Source: Amoebophrya sp. A120
Taxonomy: Eukaryota; Protista; Dinoflagellata
Direction of reading: 5' to 3'
Assembly (NCBI GenBank): GCA_905178155.1
Contig: CAJINV010000009.1
Location: 1,680,906 to 1,744,905, forward strand
Length of the DNA: 64,000 bases
The translations under genes were made by a program, and so were the position numbers. Below, piece after piece: positions 12,867-26,000 of this stretch. Position 1 is the first letter of the stretch. Each line of letters starts with the position of its first letter. The notes beneath the pieces were generated by a model, which had not been told where the DNA came from, ran no database searches, and saw nothing but the letters and a program-made list of their open reading frames with translations.

Positions 12867-14823
12867 CTTTAAAAAAAATTCTGGGCCGGGTGTCCACCTT
12901 CGTTATAGACTGGAAACGAGCGACTTGTTTGAAGAGGGGACTAAAGCCACGTGATGTTGATGTTTTTGTTGCATCATATACAGAAAAGCTTCGCTGGACA
13001 AGGACAAACTCAAACTGTTGCTGATTCTTGTTTCTTCTTGGATTCGGGGTTTAGTCTTAACCTATCGATTCGGAAAACAACAAGTCGCGACTCAATTTCC
13101 GTGCGTAGTCGCGACGGACTTGACCGCCCCGAAGACGCTTTTCATCACCCTTTGGCCGGTCGACTTCGTTTTGACGGCAGCCGTATTTGCGCGCTCTAGC
13201 TCCCCTCCATCGGAGAGCTGGTTTTCGATGTCCTGCTGCGCACCCGACATCTTCTGCTATGAACCAGAAGTGAAAGACGAGTCAACGAATGTATTGGTGC
13301 CCCTTCGGCGTACTTTTAGTAAACAAGTATATTTCCCTTGCACTAACTTGAAGACCGTGACACGAGAGTTTCTTCCTTTCAAAAAATAAACAAGTATCTG
13401 CGCCGCGACGCCGAGAACGTCTTAAGGTAATTCTAATAAATTGATTGGGAAAAGTCTTACTCAAGGTACTTAATTGAATGGGGGGCAAAAAGAAGACCAC
13501 GAACACAGCCATCGCCATGAATTAGATTTGAAGAACTGAGACTGAAGTTGAAAAAAATAAACATGAAATAGAAGTTTTGGTTGATGAAGAGGCAGGCCCG
13601 CTCCCGCTGTCCTTCTTGCCTGGATAATGACAAACTTTCTGAGACGAGGATGTTTCGCTTCGTCCGTCACAGACTCGGAGGAGTCGGAAAAAAATGGAAC
13701 AGGTACGAGAAACACCACACTTAAAAAAAGATAGGACTGCCACCGACCACACGCGAAGGAATGAAGAGAAAGCACTGGAGTCCTCTCTGACATTCGAAAT
13801 TGGACGGAAGGAATGCATGGGAAAATGTTGACGAGGACCACAACGGAGCGTAGCTGCAGCCGGCCCTCAGAACAAGTAACAAACTCACATTAGACTTAAT
13901 CTGAAATATGTATCGTCTTTGTATGAAAAACTTCTGAGGCGACTCGCAACACTCACAAACAAAATAAACAGCATGCCGCTCCTCGAAAAAAAAATGTCGC
14001 AGAAGAAAGACATGCAACATGCGGGCTTTTTCCAAACTACAAGGTGTAGAAAAAAAGAATATAGAAAGCCCCACTTGTACTTCTCTCCTCGATCTGGTCG
14101 CTGCGATGTATGAACACCGGAAGCTTTTCTTCCGCACACGTGTGAAGATTTTCTTGGCAGTTCTCTCCTTGTCCACAGGAGACTTTTGAAGATTGATTAC
14201 GTTTTCAGCTTTCATTTGACATTTATACAGATCTGTGAGAGTCGTAGGGTCTTCACAAGTAAGGCTACAAATGACTAAAAAAACTACCATACTTGACATA
14301 CTTCTTTCATATTCATTATCATTGCAAAACATGACGATACGTCCCGCCTTGTGGATCAGGCCCAGCAAGAACGCAGGAGTTCGACCGTAAAGACTTTTTT
14401 TATTTTTCAGAGTTCTCGAACTCGGACTCAGAAATGAGTCCTTACCAAGCTCAGCTCGTTAGAAGATGTGGGTGTGGTTTTCGTTGTAATCATGGTGAAT
14501 CAAAGGAGCATGTAGTCTGTTACAGTTTGAGAAAATTGTTGAATCAGTTGAACTGAAACTAGTACTGTACATGGGCAGACGATGAACTATCTATGGATGT
14601 GTTGATATTCAAAAGAAGATGTTGAAGTTCTGTTCTGAAAACAAATAATCGCAAAGAAAACTCAGCGCCATCAAAAGCCTCGTCCGCGTAGTTGTTCCAC
14701 TGCATCGCCCGTATTGCGGGGGTCCTCAAGTATATTAAGTAAAATGGTTCATCGTGGCATCCGTTACAATACTTAATACATAAAGCGGATATTTCGGTGC
14801 AATACGACCACGACCGGCTAAGT

Positions 14824-17800
14824 TTATTTACTTCCAGTTTTTTTCCCGCCCGGGGCAGCTGCCGCAGCGCCTCCCGTCGCGGCTGGTGGGAGCTGTTGCA
14901 CGATGCTTGCAGTTGCTGATGTAGAGCTGCTGGTCGTTGTAGCACTAGCACTGGCAGAGTTCGCTGTTGTAGACAAGGGCTCACCTATTCGGCGAAGGTT
15001 GTCTACGCTGGGCCGCAGCGAGCGTGTCGTGCTGGTCGTGTGTTCCCCCGCTCCTGCGACAGTAGTACTGGCATTAACCGTAGTACCGCTCGAGGAAGAT
15101 GTTGTGGGTGTGACAGTCGCGGTCGGTGCGCCGGCTTTTGTCGTGTCTTTCGAAGGGATTCTCTTTGGTCCGGGACCCGTACTGGTACTGCTTGTTCCGT
15201 TTGCTGGGCCGCCGAGACTATTATTCTCGCCCGCCGACACTGCCGCTTTAGAGGAAAACGCAGATGATGCAGTTGTGCCCCCTTGGCGGTAGCTTTCCCT
15301 GGTTGTCGCGGGAACGGACGCTCTGACCTCTTGCAACACCTCGCGGATGTGCTGCTTCGTGGTTGTACTGCTGCCTTGCTGTAGTTCTACTTCCGCCCCC
15401 GCGTTTGCTTGTTTACTCGTCGTCCCAGTATCGAACAGATTCATTTTGCTGCCGCTCGGTAAAAATGCAGATGTAGTTGAAGAGGAAGACGCTCCTCCTG
15501 CGGCAGAAGTGCCGGTCAACACGGGAGCAGGGGGTACGTGACGGTCGACAATGTGCAAGTTTCCGTCATCGTCCACGTAAGCCGACGGCTGGTACTCGTC
15601 CTCCACCACCACCGCACCGACAACGGGCCCCCCAGACGTGGAGACGAGAGAGGTGGCGTTGTAGCGCACCCGCGTGCTGCCCTGACTCGAGAGGTAGAAC
15701 GTCGCTTTCCGCTTGTTGATTGACAGCACGCCGTCCTCCGCCGCGGCGGAAACGGAAGCCGCATCTTGATCGGGCGGTGGAGGTGTAGTAGTCGGAGGTG
15801 CAGTTGCACTTGCATTTTGAGATGTTGAGCAGGACGAAGATGAAGAACCTCCACCTCGCGTGGTTTGCTCTTCAGGCGTCGTGACCCGCGTGTTGGTATT
15901 GCTAGCACTCGCGCCGGGTAGAGTAGAACTAGTAGTGCCGGGCATGGGCATTCCGGGCCTGGGCGGCAATCTGGCGAAGCTTTCGTCGACGGCTTTCTTC
16001 AAGCCCTCGGCCTCGCTTTGCTGCTCGGGCGAAACCTTGTTGCTACTACTGTTGCTGCGCACGGAATTCAAGTCAACCGAGTCGACATTTATGGCACCAG
16101 ATGTTCCAGACGTAGCACCCGAAGTTGTACTGTCTAGCGTCGCGCTCGTCGTGGTCGTCTCCTCATTCGGATTGTGATTGTTTCCACCTCCTGTTGCGAG
16201 CTGCGCAGGCGTTTTTGTGGACCTATTCGCAGCACTACTTTCGCCGATGCCCCAGGCGGTGGGGACCTCGCTGGCGTCCATGATCATTCCCGTCGGAATG
16301 TGGCGGTTACTGGTCACACCATTGGAGGCCCCTCCGAGCACCGGCCGCCCAACGATTGCGCCGCTCCCTGGTTGGTAGTACGAGTTCCGCCCAGCCCTGT
16401 TCGGGTAATTTGTGCTGTCGTGATAGTAGGTAGAAAAGTGCTGCTGTTGATGAAGGGGGTTGTTTTCGTCGTAATGCTGAGTTCCATCTCGGACTGAGGA
16501 TTTATTTCTCCCCCGCATCCGCCCAATGAAGACCACCAGGCCGAATACCAGCGCGCCCAGACCGACCGCGGTGAGGATGACGCGGGCCGTTTCGTTGTTC
16601 GCGCGTTGCGTGTTCGGGTCGTTGTCCAGACGCACAATTTCGTACACGGGCACCGCCCCCCGCCGACACTCGGCCACGCACGACTGCGCCACGTCGATGT
16701 CGATCCGGCAACGGCCGTTCGCGACCGCGGTCTCACAGTCCAGGACGAAGACGCCCTCCACGTTCTTCACGACGTAGTTCGGTCGGTCCGCGAGCTCTTC
16801 GTGCAGCGCGTTCTGCAGCACTTCCGTGTCGGTTGTGGCCCGCGCGAGCGTGTCCTGCATTCTCTTCAGCGTGTCCTGTGGATCCGGTGCCCGCATCAGC
16901 GTGATCTCGTGCCCGGTCGTGAGGTAGCGATCGGCCGTGCGGACGGTGGTAGAAGAGGACGTCAATTGTCTAGTTGTTGTACCTGCAGCTGTTGTACCCG
17001 CACTGCTCGTCTGGGAAGGCGACGCAACCTTCCTAGCCTGCAACTTTCGCACCACCTGTTTCGGAAGCAAATTTCTGTGGGGCATGTCGATCTCGAGGAC
17101 ATCATGACTCTGTGCCCTCATCAACATGTCGCTATCGTATCCTACTTTATTTGAGATCTTCGAACCAGTCATGGACGATAAGGTGCGAAGAAACTTGTTG
17201 AATCTCTTCTTCTTGCTGCTGCTGGCCACGACCTCCACCCCAGCTGCCAGCAATTTTATCGGCCTCAACCGCAAGTCATGGTCGTACTCCTCGGGCCCTC
17301 TCCTGCCTGGAGATCGAGATTCTACTCTTTCATGATCTTCGCCGGGCACTATTTCAGTTGGAACTCGACCTACGCCAGCGCGTCGAGCCAGCTGCACACC
17401 GCGCTTTGCCGCACTGTCCGCAGGGTTTGTCTCGATAGCAGCAGGACGGCGCGAAGTAGACACGACCATGAGTGCTTTTTGTCTCGTTGCTTCCTCGTCC
17501 GCTACCAAATGTCTGTCTCTGTGTAGCAGGTCTAGTACTGCTATCCCTATCTTTTCTTGAAACCGGTGGTCTCTATCACCACGGGCCTCCGTCTCTTCCT
17601 CCTCGCCTCTTCTTCTAAACGCCCCGGCATTGTTGGTCGCGATGGCGACACTTCGAACCTGAAAGCTGTTGATCCGCACTTTCGACTATCAAATGTAAAA
17701 ATGTCTGGGTCTGTAAGATTCATGCTGTTTTTGCATGACACAGAAGGTCTGGCATGGAAGCTCTAGCATCACAGGTTTCGAGAAGCTTCCGCAATGCCGA

Positions 17801-20800
17801 ACCCGCATGAGAAATCCCCCATTTTGGCGACAGAATTGAGCAGCTTTTGCTCCCGATGCATGAGAGATTTTTCTGTGTTCGAAAATGCGCATCACAAGTT
17901 CGGATCCTTCCAGACCCAGACATTTTTACATTTGATATCGACGTTTCTACCTGGTACTGCTTGGCGAAGGCCGTCTATCGCAAAAAAAAAGTGCTGTTAC
18001 AGTTACACATTGTCACGCAAGACTGGCAACAGAGACAACCTTTCTCATGCAGGAAATGCTTCCGAGCCTCTTTTCCTTCCTGTTTTCCCTTATGATCTTC
18101 GCATTACAAGTTTTCTCTGCCACACAGAGAAAATTTGTGATGCAGAAACTCCAACAAATGTGTAACTGTAACACTTTTTTCTCGTGATACCGTCTGGAAG
18201 GCTGCGACGAAGGCCTGGTCCCGGAGGAGGCTGGTGCCGGAGGCCGTGATGGGCAGGGCCATCCGGATCTGCGTGCGGCCAACGAGCCGGACCGTGTTTT
18301 CCGGGGTGCGGATGGTGGTGTCGTCTTGCGGTCCACCACTGTTTGAATTGTCACCGCCCCCTCCAGTGCTCGTCGTCCCCCCACTCGGAGGTATCAAACC
18401 GTCGTCGTCCTCTGACGCGATGATGATGGGGCCGCCGGTTTCCTGGTCCGGGGTGCCGGCGCTGGCAGTCCAGTCGGCGGGATTTTGGGTTTGGTCCCGG
18501 TTCCCCGTGTTTGCGACATTGGGATTGGCGTTCGACGGTGTTGTACTAGAAGTACCTCCCGAAGTGGTTGTGCCATCCGCTGCCGTGCCGCCAGTCGCCG
18601 TTGTACCTCCACTACCAGTTCTACTTTCGTCCGAAGATGACGTCGCGCCATCTCCTCCGTTACCACCAGCCCCGGCGGGTGCGGGCGTGGTTGTCGTCCT
18701 CTATCAAATGTAAAAATGTCTGGGTCTGGAAGGATCCGAACTTGTGATGCGCATTTTCGAACACAGAAAAATCTCTCATGCATCGGTAGCAAAAGCTGCT
18801 CAATTCTGTCGCCAAAATGGGGGATTTCTCATGCGGGTTCGGCATTGCGGAAGCTTCTCGAAACCTGTGATGCTAGAGCTTCCATGCCAGACCTTCTGTG
18901 TAATGCAAAAACAGCATGACTCTTCCAGACCCAGACATTTTTACATTTGATATCCTCGTGTTTGCGATTATGTTCCCCCTCCGGGTCCACTCTGCATCGG
19001 AGACGACCCACGCGCCGTCGATGCTCGGCGGGTCGCCTATGACAGCCTCAGAATGGAAATCCTCAAAGTGGAAATAATTTGTGATGCATGAAATGCGACA
19101 CCAAAAAGACTGTATTGCAGAGGACGCAATGGAGGCCGACTATTGTCCTGCCAGGGGTGAAGAATTGGAGTGCTGCTTAGCACGAAACAAGGGCACCCCT
19201 TTGCCTTAACCTGCATGACAGACATGCTTTAAGGGCCCGGGAAATTTGTCATGCGCCGACTACAAATGGCGCTTCAACTGGGGTCGTTTTTTTGCATCAC
19301 AAATCATTTCCACTTTGAGGATTTCCATTCTGAGGCCTTCATATCGCCCGACCCCGTGAAGAGAGCCAGCGCTTCCTTTTCCAAGGAGTCCAGATCGACG
19401 GATATCTGCGTCTGCAGCTCCATGGGCAAATCGCTGATGGCCCGCCCCGGTTCGTATCTCGTGTTTTGCTTGCAGTTGTCAACCATCACACGAAACAAGT
19501 GCTCCAGCGCCTCCACGTGATCGGCGTTGGACGCGAGTTGGAGCCGTTGCAAGATACGGTTCAGTCCCTTGCGGTATTTCTGCTCCACGTGCTCGGCGAC
19601 GAGCGTCTGAAAGGTGGCTGTCAAGGCCTGTTGGTCGCTCGGACAGGACCCGCAGGAGCACTCGTAGCGGTCCGTGGCGCGCACCCACCATACCTCGTCG
19701 TTGGCGCAGAACCGCGGACACCACTTGTTGCCCTCCGTGCTGAACGACGCGTCGTGGCGCACGCAACACCCCCCGAGGTCCGGCATCGTGATGCCGTCGT
19801 CGCAGATGTACCCGTGGTTCTTCACGCCCTGCGGCTCGCACTTCTGGTACTTCTCGCAAAGCGAGCCCGGATCCAGGCACTTCGCCTTGCACTCGTTACT
19901 GGTCTCCGAGATGTGGCTGCACAGGTTCGCGCAGTCGTGCAGACACTCCTGGGCGGCCGGGGTCTGGCACATCGTGTCCCGGGATCCGCACAGCTCGTTC
20001 TCGAAACACAGATGGCGGTGTCCGGGCACGTCGCAGCAGTGGTGCCGCACCGAGGCCGCGTGCACGTTGGTTTCGCAAATGCAGTGGGCCCGCGCCTGCG
20101 CCTGCTCCCACACGGTGGAGTGCGGGTAGCGCTGCGCGCAGGAAAACCAGTCCGCCACCTCGTTCGACCGCTCGAAGCCCTCGGTGTCGCAGACTCGCTT
20201 GAAATTGGCGTGCGTCGTGTTCTGCGCGTGGTCGTGGAGGCACTTGATCTTGTCCCAGCAGTCCTCGCACTCACACTTCGACAGCCCGAGGGCGATCTGC
20301 TGCTCGCGGTACATGTCCTCCAGACAGAGAGGGCTGCACTTTTCGCGGCACTCCTGCGTGCGGGCGTCATTGCAGTTCGGGGAACAATCCATGTCGCAAA
20401 AAGAGCTCCAGGAACTGTGGTAACGTTTTCAACATCAATCTTTAGATCAGTATATATTTTTTTTGCGTGAGTCTGAGTTTGTAAAGCAATGATAATGCGA
20501 CGTGGAGGAAGGAACTTTTATTTGTTCAACATGACGGTTCGAAAGTTTCAATTGTTCTGTTCAGGTGTTCATCATGGAAAAATACGTACCTATTCCTGGA
20601 ATTTGACCAAACGTGAGGTGATGAAATGCAGGCTGCACAAAAAAAAAGAAAGGTTGTATGGTGGATCAAGTTTCATACATCATGGCACGAAAAGAGGTGC
20701 TGCGTTTTGTATACAGTTGTACCTGTATTGACAGCAATCCACTCGGCCACTCGACTGGTCCCAGTTGGGCACGGTGGCATACATGTCGCGCCATTGCGTC

Positions 20801-21746
20801 TTCATATCAATTGCAAAAGTGTCTGGGTCTGGAAGAATGCAAGATTTGTGATGCAGGTTTTCCATGACCCATGAGGTCTGGAATGCGAGACCCAGCATGA
20901 CAGATTTTTTGAGGTCTCTATCATGCCTTTCCTGCATGAGAAACTCCCTCTCAACTTGGTCAAAAGCGGACAGCTTTTGGTACTCACGCAACACAGATTT
21001 TTGCGTCATTCAGATTTAGCATGACAAGTTCCAACCTTCCAGACCCAGACATTTTTACATTTGATACTTCAGGTCTGGAAACTCGCAGAAGCAGTCCATG
21101 TACAGGTCCTCCTCGATGCCCGGCAAAGTAAAGTCGAGGTTCGGGCTATCCTGAGCAAAAACGTCCCCACACCAGAGTTGTCATGCAGATTTGCCATGAC
21201 AGGAACATTTGTGATGCGCAACCGCATGACAGGCATTTTCAATCGTGTTTGGGAACTTGTAATGCTGTAAACAGGATCAACAGATCGATTTGTGATGCGG
21301 CTTTCTTTGCTAACTTGCACTACCTTACGGACTGAAACTTGTCATGCGTGACTCCCAAAACTCCTAGGTTTGTGTTGCAAAATCCCCATCTTGACTCTGG
21401 TGTGGGGACGTTTTTAATCAGGATACGGGTACTGGGACTCCACGCAGGTGGCCCAGGTCAGCCAGGGCTGCGGCTGGTACGACTGCAGCCACCACGAGTG
21501 GCACGCATTGCCCCAGGCTGGAAGCGGAAACGTCGTAAGGAGGACGAGACACGCTGTGGTGGCCGACTGGAATAGTAGCAGGTTCTTGCCGCCGCTCGGT
21601 AGTTTTCGATTTGGATTATGTCCTCGCATGTTGATGCGGTGCTTGATGTTTTCTGGTGGTGGACGTGGAGGTGGTGCAGCTGCACTTGCGAAAATAACTG
21701 CAGGACGAGCTCCACCAGAAGGAATTCCGAATTCAAAACGTTGCAT
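14824..21746 (-). CDS. large Cys-rich, S/T-rich type I membrane/surface protein (~1,673 aa, 8 exons)
   Basis: Removing 6 introners (each +5-bp DR) and the GT-AG intron 20415-20722 leaves 5,022 nt in one frame. Junctions: ESQYP|NLDF, PDLK|TQW, QYS|SWS, GSGD|PPS, ANTR|TTT, FQTA|FAK, VETS|KVR. Signal-like stretch near the N-terminus, Cys-rich ectodomain, TM VILTAVGLGALVFGLVVFIG. Start codon uncertain. Confidence 0.85.
17687..17937. mobile_element. introner-like TIR element, family A, 251 bp
   Basis: TIR tatcaaatgtaaaaatgtctgggtctg / cagacccagacatttttacatttgata; DR tcgac. Confidence 0.95.
17976..18189. mobile_element. introner-like TIR element, family B, 214 bp
   Basis: tatcgcaaaaaaaaagtg..tgttacagttacacatt / aatgtgtaactgtaacacttttttctcgtgata; DR ccgtc. 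Confidence 0.93.
18702..18952. mobile_element. introner-like TIR element, family A, 251 bp, inverted near-identical copy of 17687-17937
   Basis: Same TIR; DR tcctc; mirrored spurious ORFs on opposite strands in the ORF track. Confidence 0.95.
19038..19343. mobile_element. introner-like TIR element, family C, 306 bp
   Basis: ~49-bp TIR tatga..gcctcagaatggaaatcctcaaagtggaaat.atttgtgatgca; DR tcgcc. Confidence 0.93.
20415..20722 (-). other. canonical GT-AG spliceosomal intron (308 nt)
   Basis: Minus strand tacag|gtacaa...ttaccacag|ttcctgg; AT-rich; restores frame (CCQYSSWSSFCDMDC). Confidence 0.8.
20805..21066. mobile_element. introner-like TIR element, family A (diverged), 262 bp
   Basis: tatcaattgcaaaagtgtctgggtctggaag / cttccagacccagacatttttacatttgata; DR cttca. 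Confidence 0.93.
21147..21425. mobile_element. introner-like TIR element, family D, 279 bp
   Basis: tatcctga..aaaaacgtccccacaccagagt TIR; DR cgggc/cgggt (4/5). Confidence 0.92.
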
Positions 21747-23035
21747 GTTGATGAAAACTAGAAGATGAAGATCAAGTAAAGCTCCTGGGGGTGAATTTGA
21801 TAAAAATTTCTAAAGAGGAGGACAAAGAGAAAGATAAGGGTAAGAATAGCGGGTAGCTAGTCGAAGGGGTGGTCGATGTAGATCTACACACAAAAAGTCA
21901 GTATCCGATATAATTCGCAAAACATATTGAAATTTGAATTCGGTTTGACAAGTAGAAACAAAATTGAAAAATTTAAGTGCTCTAGCAACACCAACAACTC
22001 AACATCTTCGTGAATCATACAGAGTTAGGGTTAGCGTTGCAGCATGCAGCCCACCATCGTATTGTTCTTCGTTTACAAGGTGTCTATAGAAGGTGCGGCT
22101 ATAGAGTGCTCGTTGTGGGTTCCTACTATACGTGTTTGCCGCGACGAGCGACCACGTCTTTCATCTGTGGAAAACTAAAAAAACACATAAATACGGGCAC
22201 CTGCTCTACCTACCTACATCTCAAAAAGAAGAACGGTCGGGAGTATAGTTCACAAATACCACGACATCAACATCTTGAGGGGAGGGGGAGGCGGCTCTGG
22301 CTTAATATGTAAACACGAGCACACGCCCCGTTCCTGGAAAGAATTCGATTCAGGTTCAGAAAATGACTCGGATGTGACGATAGACTGTTCACGAGCGATT
22401 CATCCGTCGAGAAAACGGAAAATTTTCTTCTTCACGGAAGTAAATGCGACTTCTCTATGTATGCACATCAAATTCCGAAAAGACCGACTTCGACCGATAA
22501 TTTGTTCAAGATATTTTATGCGTGTACGACAATCTCTGATAGTACAGATGTAGATTTGTATTCGAACAACTCATATCTTCTTTCACTTTCTCTGACTACA
22601 GACTGCGTAGACGATTTGCGATGGCGAAATGAATCGACAGAAATCAACTTTGCAGATAGTGGGAGGATCCGCAACGTGCAACGCGCCAGCGCGCTTCGCA
22701 TAGAATTAGAAACTAGAGGAAGTACTACAACTTGCGCAAGTAAATGTCCTCCTGACCACGGGTGCGATTGTGAGACTCGCTGTGGCGACGTGTAACAAGT
22801 CTTCGTCGCGTGATAGTTCTCGAAGATCAAGATGCAATATAGCAAATCGGAACGCTGGCACCTGGTATATATGCTGTTACTGGTATATCATTGATCTGCA
22901 AAATAAAAAGAAACCGATTCCCAGCTGCACAGAAGTCCTCACTCGTTGTCTTTCCAATGAATTTGAACACCGAGTAGAGCAGCGCCCGAACAGCAATCCC
23001 TGCACGGCCAGCACAAAATGTTGAGGTTTTTAAAT

Positions 23036-26000
23036 CTAAATCAGCTGAGCACTTCGCTCCTGACAGGTTGGACAATCTGACGTCCCAATTTTCTTTCCAT
23101 CACTTTGGCTCGGCCTATGATTGCTCTTGAAACTACGACCCCAATACGCCTCGCATTTGTCCAATGCATCAACTTCTTTCCCAATGCCCGTAAATTTCTC
23201 AATTTCCAACGCAATCGGCTCATCTCGTCGCCACTCGTATGGATGTGTCAGAGTTGAAATCGACAAAGTTGAAATAATTTGTCATGCATAAAATGGATGC
23301 TAGTTGGAGCCCAGTTTTCAAGTGGCGCATGACAAATTTCGGCGGTCCCTAAATCCAGTTTGTCATGCTGTTTAGGCAAAGAAGAGCGATTTTCTCGTGC
23401 TACTTTAGCAGCTCGAGCTGTCACCCCAAACAGGCTTACAGTCGGCCTCACTTGCCTGCTCTGCAACACACGCGCCTCGGGTCATGCATTTTATGCATTA
23501 CAAATTATTTCAACTTTGACGATTTCAAACCTGACGCTTCCATAACTCGTCTCCGGAGTATAACATCGCCGCGTCCTTGCTGTAAAACGTATCCAGAATT
23601 TCGATCTCGAAATCGGAGAGTATGGAAGTGTCGGAATCGAAATTGACAAAATCGAAAAATTTGTGATGCACAAAATCGATGTCAGTTGGAGCCTCAGTTT
23701 CCAAGTGGCGCATGACAAATTTTGGGAGCACCCAAATCCAGTCTGTCATGCTGTTTGGGCAAAGAAGACTCCTCCTGTCATGCTACTCTGGCAGCACATT
23801 GTATACCCCTAAACAGGCTTACAATCGCCCTCATTTGCCTGCTGCCCAATACAGGCCTTCAGTGCCCTACATTTTATGCATCACAAGTTTTTCGATTTTG
23901 TCGATTTCGATCCTGACACATCCATAGAGAGGGCTGCCGGATTATTAAGACTATCATGTTGATGCGCCGCGCCTGTTGTTCCCGGGTTTTGTTTTTGATG
24001 GGCGGCTGCAGATGGATCTTTGCTATCGGGAGCGTTTTCTTGTATTTGTCCTAACACCGCTAACTCCATCCCCACGTTCCCCGCGATCCGATCCGGGTTG
24101 CTTGATCGCGGAATAATTCTAACTCCCTTTTGCAGGGCATACTTCAACAGAAACTCGGCCGGCTCCTTCTGGAATTTATGCACCAACTGCGGGAAGTCGG
24201 TCAGAACTGAGTCAGGAGCTTGCAAGCCCGTCGGATTGTACTCTGACTTGTGGTCGCCGACGAAGGAGCCCTTTCCTAGGGAGCCGTAAGCGACTATTTC
24301 AATTCCGGTTTTTCGGCAATATTCGATAACGCACGTCGGACGCCACCAGGGGTGGAACTCGAGCTGGTGTGCGGAAATCGGGAGGGGGGAGAGTGGACTT
24401 CTGCTACTTTCGGAAGAGGCGGATAGAGGACGACCCTGTCGAAGATTTATTTCAGTGAGACGATGATTCTCCTCTTCCACCGCTTTTCGCAGCAAGCGAC
24501 CTCCGAGGTCTTCCGGTAGGAGATGCAGAGGACGGCCGGATGAAGATGTTCTTGAAGCGCCTCGATTCATTCTCTCCACCAGCGGTTGCATTTGCCACAC
24601 CGCGAAGGAACTTACACCTGCGTGACGGATTCTTCCAACGCTCTTCAAATATTCCAGAGCTTTCCAAGATTGCAGACGACACGCGGCCCAACCCATGCCG
24701 TGGTCTCCGCGTCGAGTAGAAGAAGAAGCTGTTTTTCCGACCTCCGGGTCGTGATCCTCACACTCCCTCACCGCTTGCGGTCTGCACCATTCCCTTTCCC
24801 AGGACGGATCGCCAGCTTTTTGTTTTTCCTCCACCGTCCCACACCGATACTGTTCCCAAATATGGTTTCCGCCCGGGTGGTGGAGGTAGACCAAGTCTAT
24901 GTAGTCAGATTTCAAGTCCGCGATCTCCTCAAGAACGGCTTTGATCGTTCGATCATACCCGAAGTGCCGAGCCGGATGGATTTTGGTCGTAATGAAAACT
25001 TCGGACCGGGCGACCCCGGAAAGCTTCAGGGAATCGTGAATCCGAGCCATGTTTTTGTACATGACTGCGGAATCGATGTGAAATTTGATGCGACTGGTGT
25101 TCATCTGGACCGCAACCTTCTTGTTGATGGCGTTTTGTTCCTGAAATTCTCTCTTGGCCTGAAACCACACACCTAGCGCATTCGTGACGCGCTCGCCTCG
25201 CCAGCCCGCCGTTCCGGTGCCGATGTGGGGGAGAGTTAGGACCTTTTTGACGAGTGGCGTGGTCGTGGCCTGCTCATGATCACTTGTTTCATCGGAAGAT
25301 GTAGTTGCTGGTGCTCCTGGTCCTGCGCTGCGTACTTCGCCCTTCTCAATATTTCCTCTTCCTGTGCTTTTCCTCGGGCCCTCGACAGCCTCCCGCTCCC
25401 GCTCCGTTTCGATCATATGTGCTGCCATTCTTCCGACCGTTCGTCCGAGCTGATCGGTGTGAGCGTGCGTGGTGTACAGCACGGACATATCAGCCACACG
25501 AGCATTCGAGAAGTCCTTCAGTCGAAGGTCGGAGGCGGAGGTGCACGATTCCTCAGTGGTGGATGCTCCTTTTCCCATTCTACACGTTCCGCTAAAGTGC
25601 TTAGCGTCGCTACAGACATTCTCGACGAAACGGCGGAAAATCGCGGAATCCTCAATGGTATCTTCTGGAAAAAGATCGCTTTCGAATTCGGTGTAGGTGT
25701 TGCACTTGCAACGGTACATGAGCATGACAGATGGAGATGCAGAGCGAAAGGTTGCATGACGTGTTTTCTTCATACATAAGAGCTCTTTCCTCTTTGGACA
25801 GAATCAGCTGACGGCAACTCATACTACTAAAGCGATACTTTTGCTGCGATGCATAGACGGCTTGCGTAGGAGGCGAAAAAAGGTGGAGGCGCATTTCGTT
25901 CGATTCCTTGCTCTCGTTGTCCTTTGAGACCGCACCGTTCTGCGTAGAGTCGGTAGGGGGAGTGTAAATGGAATCCCCTGCTACGACCAACAGCCCCTCC

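Noticed and set aside
17689-18950. Duplicated small ORFs (MSGSGRIRTC..., MMRIFEHRK...) on opposite strands
   Set aside because: They are incidental translations of the inverted family-A elements, not genes.
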